From NCBI GenBank assembly GCA_040752815.1, contig JBFMGC010000004.1:2551-66550 (forward strand): DNA of 64,000 bases. The letters are read 5' to 3'. This stretch comes from Candidatus Zixiibacteriota bacterium (GTDB lineage Bacteria > Zixibacteria > MSB-5A5 > GN15 > FEB-12). Positions 1 to 6,963 of the stretch are shown here, one piece after another. Position 1 is the stretch's first letter; the number at the start of each line of letters is the position of its first letter. The translations under genes and the position numbers were made by a program. Under the pieces are notes generated by a model, which made no database searches, had not been told where the DNA came from, and saw only the letters and a program-made list of their open reading frames with translations.

Positions 1-213
1 CGCACGCCTGCGGCGCACCGGGACAGATTTCGACCTGCAAGCTTTTGGGTAGGATCAAAACAACGCCTACGTGAAGAGAAACGCTATCGGGTTTTTCGCC
101 TCAAAGGTCAATGTTCGAAACGCGTCCTGCGGGACCGTTCGGCCGAGTCGACCGACAATCCCGTCCAGCCACCCGCCCGCCGGAAAAAATCTCCGCCGTC
201 GCGCAAAAACTTC

Positions 214-241
214 TTGACATTCCCCCCGAACCGCATATAAT
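214..241 (+). promoter_or_regulatory. sigma-70-type promoter TTGACA-N16-TATAAT
   Basis: Perfect hexamers TTGACA (214-219) and TATAAT (236-241) with a 16-nt spacer, about 60 nt upstream of the GTG start at 304. Confidence 0.6.
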
Positions 242-248
242 GGGCCGC

Positions 249-281
249 GTTAATTAAACAAAAAGGTAGTGTTTATTAAAC
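249..281. promoter_or_regulatory. pair of AT-rich palindromic boxes (putative operator of the XRE-cupin regulator)
   Basis: GTTAATTAAAC (249-259) and GTTTATTAAAC (271-281; the second is a perfect 11-nt palindrome). Centres are 22 bp apart, immediately downstream of the -10 box. The segment is AT-rich within GC-rich DNA. Confidence 0.4.
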
Positions 282-303
282 CTCGCTTTTTCAGGATTGG
301 ATA

Positions 304-846
304 GTGGAGCTCAAGCTCGGACAGAAAATCAAAACCCTGCGACTGGCCTCGGACCTGACTCAGACCGAACTGGCCGATCGCGCCAATCTGACCAAGGGAT
401 TTATCTCCCAGCTTGAGAATGACCAGTGTTCGATCTCGGTCGATTCGCTGGCCGACATTCTCGACGCGCTGGGTGTCAGCCTGCAGGAGTTCTTCAGCGA
501 CAAGGCCGAGCCGGAGGTGGTGTTTACGCCGGGCGATCGGGTTTCGGTCGAGGGAAAGGGGGCCAGCCGCTTTGAGGTTCTGGTGCCTGGGTCCACCAAC
601 AATGAGATGGATCCGATCCTGGTGGAACTCAAGCCGGGGGAACGTCTGGATGCATTTGACCCTCACCCCGGGGAGCAGTTCGGCTATGTGCTCAAGGGTG
701 AGGCTACGTTGCGGCTGGGCAAGAAAGACTATCGGGTGCGGGCCAATCACTGCTTCTATTTCGAGGCCGACCAGCCCAGTCAGATAATGAACAAGAGCCG
801 CTCGATGGTTCGTCTGCTGTGGGTCACGGCCCCGCCGCAGATGTAA
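304..846 (+). CDS. XRE-family HTH + cupin transcriptional regulator (PuuR-like architecture)
   Basis: GTG start. N-terminal HTH ([20 protein letters not shown]) and a C-terminal cupin barrel ([17 protein letters not shown]...FYFEA). First gene of the polyamine operon. Confidence 0.85.
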   Translation: MELKLGQKIKTLRLASDLTQTELADRANLTKGFISQLENDQCSISVDSLADILDALGVSLQEFFSDKAEPEVVFTPGDRVSVEGKGASRFEVLVPGSTNNEMDPILVELKPGERLDAFDPHPGEQFGYVLKGEATLRLGKKDYRVRANHCFYFEADQPSQIMNKSRSMVRLLWVTAPPQM

Positions 847-865
847 GATCGAAGGAGAAACGGAT

Positions 866-1279
866 ATGAAAATTCTGGGACGTCACTTGATCGCCGAGTA
901 TGTCGATTGCACGCCGGGCCGGCTGAATGATGCCGCGTTTTTGGAACGCTGCCTGCTCGAGGCGGTCCGCCGCTCCGGGGCGACCATTGTCAACTCGGTC
1001 TTCCACCGTTATGCGCCACAGGGTGTCTCCGGCGTCGTGGTGATTGCCGAGTCGCATATGTCTATTCACACCTGGCCGGAGTACAACTATGCCGCGGTCG
1101 ATTTCTTCACCTGCGGGCAGGCGGTCGACCCGTACCTGGCCAACGAGTACCTCAAGGAAATGCTCGGCAGTCCGAATGCCTGCGTGACTGAGATCAGCCG
1201 TGGGATACCGTCGAGCGCCAACGAAATCATCCAACACAAGCCGGCCGCGCTCAAGGCCGCAAAGACCGCCGCCGGCTAA
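866..1279 (+). CDS. speH: S-adenosylmethionine decarboxylase proenzyme (small class-1 type)
   Basis: 137 aa. Self-processing motif [23 protein letters not shown] at 852-857. Confidence 0.92.
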   Translation: MKILGRHLIAEYVDCTPGRLNDAAFLERCLLEAVRRSGATIVNSVFHRYAPQGVSGVVVIAESHMSIHTWPEYNYAAVDFFTCGQAVDPYLANEYLKEMLGSPNACVTEISRGIPSSANEIIQHKPAALKAAKTAAG

Positions 1280-1292
1280 AGGGAGGACACAG

Positions 1293-2462
1293 GTGACAAG
1301 TTCGTTTTCATTCAAGGAAATCGCCGAATCACAGGTGTTGCGGGGGGTGGACACCGGCCTGGTGCGCAGACTTTTCAAGCGGGGGCGGCTCGAATCCCCG
1401 CTCATGCTGCTCTCCCGCTCGGAGATCAGCCGCAACTACCGGGCTCTTGCCGAGGCGCTCCCCCGCGCCGAGATCCACTACGCGGTCAAATCGAATAATC
1501 ATCCGGTTTTTCTTGACGAGCTCCACCGGGCCGGCAGCCGGTTCGAGGTCTGCTCCGGGCGTGAGATCGAGGTGGTGGTGCGCGCCGGCGCCGAGCCGTC
1601 GGCGCTGGTTCACTCGCACCCGGTCAAATCGCTGAGGGAATTCGACACGGCGGTGAGCGCGGGGGTGCGGACATTCGTGGTCGACAATATCGACGAAGTG
1701 CGCAAGCTGCGGCGCTTTCGGACCACCCGGCTGCGGATACTCATTCGCTTTCGGGTTGTCAACGCGGTCAAGGCGGTGGTCGATCTCCAGTACAAGTACG
1801 GGTGTACGGTCGACGAGGTCCTGCCGCTGGCCGAGGAAACCCGCAAGGCGGGGCATGACGTCTACGGCCTATGTTTTCATATCGGCTCGCAGTGCATACA
1901 CGCCGAAAACTATGTGAACGCGATCAATGCCGCGGGTGACCTTATCAAGGCGCTGGAGCGGGCCGGTTTCGACATCCGCCTTCTGGACATCGGCGGCGGC
2001 TTTCCGGTCGCCTATGTCGAGCCGGTGCCGCCGATTGATCAGTTCTGCCGGCCGATCAACAAAGCGCTCGAAACCCAGATCCGCCCGGACATCAAAGTCA
2101 TCTGTGAGCCGGGCCGATTCATCTCCGCCAGCCCGGTGACCTTAGTCTGTTGTGTGATCGGCAAGGCGGTCCGCGACGGCAAGATTTGGTACTATCTGGA
2201 CGACGGCCTCTACTCCACCTTCTCGGGTATCGTCTATGACCATTGCCAGTACCCGGTGATTACGAATCGGTCCGGTGAGGGTCGTCTATCCGTGCTGGCC
2301 GGGCCGACTTGCGACTCGTTCGATGTCATGTACGACGGCCTGCTGATCCCGGAGCACAATATCGGCGACATGATTGTCTTCCCGCTGACGGGCGCCTACT
2401 GCGCTGTCTCCGGTTCCGATTTCAATTCGCTCAAACGTCCTGAATATGCGATAATCGACTGA
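1293..2462 (+). CDS. PLP-dependent ornithine/arginine/lysine decarboxylase (alanine-racemase fold; probably ODC)
   Basis: Motifs HYAVKSN (PLP lysine), GGGFPV, EPGRF and GPTCDS. The ORF-track start at 1200 overlaps speH. An in-frame GTG at 1293 is preceded by GGGAGG at 1281-1286. Substrate is not determinable from sequence alone. Confidence 0.85.
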   Translation: MTSSFSFKEIAESQVLRGVDTGLVRRLFKRGRLESPLMLLSRSEISRNYRALAEALPRAEIHYAVKSNNHPVFLDELHRAGSRFEVCSGREIEVVVRAGAEPSALVHSHPVKSLREFDTAVSAGVRTFVVDNIDEVRKLRRFRTTRLRILIRFRVVNAVKAVVDLQYKYGCTVDEVLPLAEETRKAGHDVYGLCFHIGSQCIHAENYVNAINAAGDLIKALERAGFDIRLLDIGGGFPVAYVEPVPPIDQFCRPINKALETQIRPDIKVICEPGRFISASPVTLVCCVIGKAVRDGKIWYYLDDGLYSTFSGIVYDHCQYPVITNRSGEGRLSVLAGPTCDSFDVMYDGLLIPEHNIGDMIVFPLTGAYCAVSGSDFNSLKRPEYAIID

Positions 2463-2471
2463 GGCAGAGAT

Positions 2472-3368
2472 ATGGACACGAAACCCACCGCCGGAGAGAA
2501 GTACATCACCGAAGAAGGCATGGAGGACCTGTGGAATGTCTGGTACTCCGAGTTGCACAATCATACGTCGGGTCTGACCCTGAAGGTCAACCGGGTGGTG
2601 GAGTCGTGCCGGTCCGAGTTTCAGCGAATCGAAATTCTTGAAAACAACGATTTCGGCAAGATTCTCGTCCTCTACGGCTCGCTCATGGTCTGCGACCGGG
2701 ACAACAACGCCTACAACGAAATGATCACCCACGTGCCGCTATTCTGTCATCCGTCCCCGAACGAAGTGCTGATTATCGGCGGCGGCGACTGCGGCGCGCT
2801 GACCGAAGTGCTGAAGCATCTCGAGGTCAAACGCTGCACGATGTGCGAGATTGACAGGATGGTGGTCGAGGTCTCGAAACGGCACTTCCCGCGTCTGACC
2901 GTGGGCCTGGAGGACCGCCGCGCCCGGGTGGTGTATCAGGATGGGAAGAAGTTTATTGAAGATACGTCTGAGAAATTCGATTTGATCCTGCTCGACCTGT
3001 CCGACCCGGTCGGCCCCGCCGCCGATCTGTTTCAGAAATCCTTCCACCAGAGCGTGTTCGACCGCCTGAACAACAACGGCATTATGGTGGCGCAGTCCGA
3101 ATCGCCGTATTACAATCAGGAGACGGTACGGGCGATGTACCGAAACTTGCGGGAGATTTTCCCCCTTGTGCGTATGTACACCTGCTTCATGCCGATCTAC
3201 CCGTCCGCCTTCTGGTCTTTTGCGTTCTGCAGCAAGGGGATTGATCCGGTAAGAGATTTCGACCAGGCCCGGTACGATAAGACCAAGCCCTCGACTCGCT
3301 ACTACAACGCCGAGATCCATCGCGCCGCATTCAGCCTGCCTCAGTTTGTGAGGGAATTGGTGGGTTAG
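2472..3368 (+). CDS. speE: spermidine synthase (aminopropyltransferase)
   Basis: 298 aa. Motifs VLIIGGGDCGALTEVLKH and LDLSDPVGPA, plus the typical N-terminal beta-hairpin region. Confidence 0.92.
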   Translation: MDTKPTAGEKYITEEGMEDLWNVWYSELHNHTSGLTLKVNRVVESCRSEFQRIEILENNDFGKILVLYGSLMVCDRDNNAYNEMITHVPLFCHPSPNEVLIIGGGDCGALTEVLKHLEVKRCTMCEIDRMVVEVSKRHFPRLTVGLEDRRARVVYQDGKKFIEDTSEKFDLILLDLSDPVGPAADLFQKSFHQSVFDRLNNNGIMVAQSESPYYNQETVRAMYRNLREIFPLVRMYTCFMPIYPSAFWSFAFCSKGIDPVRDFDQARYDKTKPSTRYYNAEIHRAAFSLPQFVRELVG

Positions 3369-3371
3369 GTC

Positions 3372-4058
3372 GTGAAGCCGGTTTGTATCGTTCAGAACTG
3401 GGCAGCGGAATCGGCCGGCAATCTGGCCGACTATCTCGCCGAGCAGAAGATCCCCTACAACGTTGTCCGCACCTATGCGGGCGAGGCGCTGCCTGAGGTT
3501 GCCTCACTCGAAGCCGCTATCGTACTCGGCACGCCGCTCTCGGTGCGCGACTATTTGCGGTACGAGTATCTCATGCGGCTCTTCGCCTTTATGGCTTCCG
3601 CCGTGAAACACGATCTCCCCTTTCTGGGCGTCTGTTTTGGCGGACAGTTCCTGGCGCGGGTGCTGGGCGCCGAGGTTCGTCGCAACGAGGTGCGCGAAAT
3701 CGGCCTCTACAAAGCGACCCTGACCGAGGAAGGCCGGCAGGACCCGCTCTTCGCCGGTATGCCGCCGGAATTGGAGGTCTTCCACTGGCACGGCGACACC
3801 TTTCAAATCCCATTCGGAGCTACTCTACTGGCCACAGGTAAAACCTGCCGGAACCAGGCCTTTCGCAAGGGGAAGGCGGTGGCGATCCAGTTCCATATCG
3901 AACCTCGCGCCGATGAGGTCCCGCTCTGGTGCGACGCATACCAATCGGAACTGACCGAAGAAGGCAAGACCAAGGAGCAGATCGTCTCCGAGTACACTGC
4001 CAAGGCCGAGCAGATGAAAGCCCTCAGCTACCGGCTGATGGGGAATTTTCTGGGGTAG
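3372..4058 (+). CDS. class-I glutamine amidotransferase-like protein (GATase1 / peptidase C26 fold)
   Basis: Nucleophile elbow LGVCFGGQ and a distal FHIE (His-Glu). Last gene of the operon, 3 nt after speE. Specific function unknown. Confidence 0.75.
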   Translation: MKPVCIVQNWAAESAGNLADYLAEQKIPYNVVRTYAGEALPEVASLEAAIVLGTPLSVRDYLRYEYLMRLFAFMASAVKHDLPFLGVCFGGQFLARVLGAEVRRNEVREIGLYKATLTEEGRQDPLFAGMPPELEVFHWHGDTFQIPFGATLLATGKTCRNQAFRKGKAVAIQFHIEPRADEVPLWCDAYQSELTEEGKTKEQIVSEYTAKAEQMKALSYRLMGNFLG

Positions 4059-4068
4059 ACTTTTGACG

Positions 4069-4088
4069 GGCAGGGCTCCGCCCCTGCC
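4069..4088 (+). terminator. weak hairpin after the GATase gene
   Basis: GGCAGGG (4069-4075) pairs with CCCTGCC (4082-4088) around a 6-nt loop. The tail GCTTTCG is only weakly T-rich. Confidence 0.3.
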
Positions 4089-4098
4089 GCTTTCGACT

Positions 4099-4184
4099 CG
4101 TAGGTCGGGATGCTCGTCATCCCGACGTCTTCGCGTGTGTCAGGACCCCGCCGCGGCGGACAGGCACGAGGGTCCCGACCTACG
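4099..4184. repeat. nested inverted repeats sharing a GTCGGGA core (REP-cluster-like)
   Basis: CGTAGGTCGGGA (4099-4110) is the perfect reverse complement of TCCCGACCTACG (4173-4184). The overlapping GTCGGGATG (4104-4112) also pairs with CATCCCGAC (4118-4126). Confidence 0.6.
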
Positions 4185-4237
4185 GTTGCGGCGGGCACGG
4201 AGGCCTGCCGGTCGTATCGAGGGAACTCTACGCACAC

Positions 4238-4277
4238 ACAAGAAAAAGCCCGGCTCGAAAATCGAACCGGGCTTTAT
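4238..4277. terminator. bidirectional rho-independent terminator (mainly for the minus-strand OMP gene)
   Basis: AAGCCCGG (4246-4253) pairs with CCGGGCTT (4267-4274). On the minus strand the stem is followed by TTTTTCTTG, and on the plus strand by TTTATGCT. Confidence 0.7.
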
Positions 4278-4290
4278 GCTCAATGTGAGG

Positions 4291-4317
4291 CGGCAGATGA
4301 GGACATCTGCCGGCCAC
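4291..4317. repeat. REP family 1 copy (CGGCAGATG-N4-CATCTGCCG)
   Basis: 9-bp stem (4291-4299 / 4304-4312) with loop AGGA. The same element occurs at 51131 and 55650. Confidence 0.75.
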
Positions 4318-4333
4318 GAGAAACTAAACGAGT

Positions 4334-5668
4334 TTAGAACATCTCGTACAGCATCGAAACCTGGAAGTTCAGGTCATCAGCATCGTTGCTGCCGGAGATG
4401 AAGTTGAACCCGTCGAGGACGATCTCCGGATCCATATAGGTGTCAAGATACAGTCTGCCCCAGTGGAAACCGAGACCAAGGTAGGTGTCCGATGACGGCT
4501 CGTTGTAGGTCTGGTCGACCATGAAATCGGACTCGATCTTGAACGACGAGGACCAGAGGTAGGTGTAACCGCCGGCGCGGACATCCATCCAGTTGAACAC
4601 TTCGCCTTCGAAGCCGAGCTTCAAGTACGGGAAGATGAAGTAACTCTCGGAGTGTTCACCAAGGAACTCAGGATCGATGTCGGTCCCGCCGGTGCTCTCA
4701 CCCTTTACTTTCCAGTAGGAAAAGCCGAGATCTGCCACGGCCAACATATTGGCACCCGGGGTGTAGTTCATGCCGCAGCCGAGATCAAAGGCAGTCGAAG
4801 TCCATTCTACTTTGAAGTCATCGTCGGGCGTAGTGTCGGGCAGGTCGCCGAAGTTCTGGGCGCCCCGCTTGCCAATACCGAACGACGCATGAGGAACGAG
4901 CGTGACCTTCGGGTTACGCACCCAGAAATAACGGCCCGAAGCCATTAGATCGTAGTAGCCGCTCGGCTCATTGAACTTCTCACCTTCCGGATTTTCGTTG
5001 GTCCAGCCGCCGAACATGAAGCTCAGGCCGAGGTCCCACTTGCCGGTGGAGGCTTCGGTGAGACCAAAACCCAGCGTGTACTGATAGAACGACTGCTTGG
5101 CATCGGTGTTGACCGGCACATACTGGGTCGAATCATCTTCGGCCTTCCAGCTGGCCTTCACTGCCTGCGCGCTGAAACCGAAGTTCTGACCACCCAGCTT
5201 GCGGCCGTAGATGAGATGCAAGCGGCGCGGATATGAGTCGCTCAGCTCATTGACCGCAGCCGGGGCACGGTCCTCGTATCCAAAGTCGTACCACCACCAC
5301 CAGGGGTAGTTGTATAGCCACTGATTCGGGAAAGTGCTGAAGGCCTGGCCGAACTGCGACAGATCACGACCGTCATAATCATGGGCACCGAATTCCGGGT
5401 AATAGGAGACGAAAGTTCCCAATACCCAGGGGTTCTCGTCATTGAATTGCCAGGTGATACCGGTTTGGTAGAAATTCGGACCCTGGCTGAATTCCCCCAG
5501 CAGCAAGTTCGGGTAATTGTTCACCCGGCCGGGATACATGAACATGTTAAAGTCATCCACCATGATCATCGAGTTCTGCCCCATAACCAGGGTGCGGGTT
5601 TCGGTGGCGAAAGCGCTCGCACTGACCAGCACTATCAGTCCCACGAAAGCAATTAGCGTTTTCTTCAT
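4334..5668 (-). CDS. outer-membrane beta-barrel protein, family unknown
   Basis: Signal peptide MKKTLIAFVGLIVLVSASAFA. Alternating aromatic/Gly-rich strands. C-terminal ...SMLYEMF ends in Phe, as in OMP beta-signals. Confidence 0.7.
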   Translation of the reverse strand: MKKTLIAFVGLIVLVSASAFATETRTLVMGQNSMIMVDDFNMFMYPGRVNNYPNLLLGEFSQGPNFYQTGITWQFNDENPWVLGTFVSYYPEFGAHDYDGRDLSQFGQAFSTFPNQWLYNYPWWWWYDFGYEDRAPAAVNELSDSYPRRLHLIYGRKLGGQNFGFSAQAVKASWKAEDDSTQYVPVNTDAKQSFYQYTLGFGLTEASTGKWDLGLSFMFGGWTNENPEGEKFNEPSGYYDLMASGRYFWVRNPKVTLVPHASFGIGKRGAQNFGDLPDTTPDDDFKVEWTSTAFDLGCGMNYTPGANMLAVADLGFSYWKVKGESTGGTDIDPEFLGEHSESYFIFPYLKLGFEGEVFNWMDVRAGGYTYLWSSSFKIESDFMVDQTYNEPSSDTYLGLGFHWGRLYLDTYMDPEIVLDGFNFISGSNDADDLNFQVSMLYEMF

Positions 5669-6000
5669 ACTGTATTCCTCATCTCTTGGGATGTTAGTTC
5701 TTCAAAACAATTGCGTGAAAAGCCCTCGTCAGAGCCAGGCCCTGTCGAGGTGACAGTGACAGCACCGTCAAGAACTTCACACCATAGGCAACCTCCCGGT
5801 GGCGGCAAAGCCGTCCACTCCTTGAACTTCCATGTCCACAGATACTCTTTGCATCTATATTCAGGTCTGATTAGCTGTCTAGCCCTTTAAGTTCGCCAAA
5901 TCTGTGTTGGGGGCCAACAAGATGCAAGAAAAAAAATCGATTTTATCTGGCCCCTATTCGCCCCTCGCCCACTCAGAGTAAGTCGCTGATAATCAACGGC

Positions 6001-6810
6001 TTACAATTCGCTCTTCACGTCCTGCCAAACCGCCTCCATTTGCTCCAGGGTGTACTCCTCAAACCGTCGCCCACCCTCGGTGAGCCGCTTTTCCATCACC
6101 TCGAACCGTCGGCGAAACTTGCTAAGAGCATCGCGGAGAGCCACCTCCGGGTCGATTCCCTCCAATCGCGCCACCGAGGACATGGCAAAAAGCAGATCGC
6201 CGATCTCATTCTTGAGGTGTTCCCGCCTGTCGGGTCGGGTCGAGGCCGCCTCACGCCGAACTTCAGCGACCTCCTCCGCAACTTTGTCAAGTGCATCGCT
6301 GGAGGACTTCCAGTCGAACCCGACTCCGGCGGCCTTTTCGCCAATTCGAAAAGCCATGGTCAACGCCGGCATAGTCTTAGGCAAACCTGCCAGAACGCTC
6401 TCCTTCTCGCCCGAACTGGTCTTGATCTTCTCCCATTGATCCCGAACCGCTGACGGTCGCAGGTCGCGCCGTTCGCCGAAGACGTGGGGGTGGCGGTTCA
6501 GGAGTTTCTGTATAATCGTGTCAAGCGTGTCGTCTATGGTGAAGTGCCCGGCTTCGGCGGCTAACTGGGAATGGAAGACGACTTGAAGCATTAGGTCCCC
6601 CAACTCCTCTTTGAGGGCCGGGGAATCGCCGGCCTCCACCGCCTCGACTACCTCGTAGGCTTCCTCGATCAGGTATGGCAGGAGCGATTGGTGGGTCTGC
6701 GTCCGGTCCCAGTTGCAACCGTCGGGCGAGCGGAGAATCGCCATCAGCCTGACCAGGCGTTCAAAGGGAGTGAGCGAGGGGTCGAGCACTTGTGCTTTGA
6801 GATCGGCCAT
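6001..6810 (-). CDS. mazG: nucleoside triphosphate pyrophosphohydrolase MazG
   Basis: Tandem MazG domains. Motifs RSPDGCNWDRTQTHQSL, EEAYEV, ELGDLMLQVVFH and a second EIGDLLFA. Confidence 0.9.
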   Translation of the reverse strand: MADLKAQVLDPSLTPFERLVRLMAILRSPDGCNWDRTQTHQSLLPYLIEEAYEVVEAVEAGDSPALKEELGDLMLQVVFHSQLAAEAGHFTIDDTLDTIIQKLLNRHPHVFGERRDLRPSAVRDQWEKIKTSSGEKESVLAGLPKTMPALTMAFRIGEKAAGVGFDWKSSSDALDKVAEEVAEVRREAASTRPDRREHLKNEIGDLLFAMSSVARLEGIDPEVALRDALSKFRRRFEVMEKRLTEGGRRFEEYTLEQMEAVWQDVKSEL

Positions 6811-6872
6811 AGCTGTCGATAATATCCTGTACTAAATGTTTGACCGGCTTTCTGTTGCCGAGGTTTCGGTGC

Positions 6873-6901
6873 TTGACAACTTAAGGCTGCCCAGATTAAA
6901 T
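6873..6901 (+). promoter_or_regulatory. candidate sigma-70 promoter for valS
   Basis: TTGACA (6873-6878), a 17-nt spacer, then TTAAAT (6896-6901), about 60 nt upstream of the ATG at 6964. Confidence 0.4.
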
Positions 6902-6963
6902 GGAAAGCTTTAGTCGGGCGCAAAGTGCCACTCTGTGCCGGTCCCGGCGGAAACTGAGACCAA

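Noticed and set aside
250-750. 166-aa minus-strand ORF overlapping the XRE-cupin gene.
   Set aside because: It is antisense to a gene with clear HTH and cupin motifs. It would begin inside the operon and end at the operator boxes, and it shows no protein family signal.
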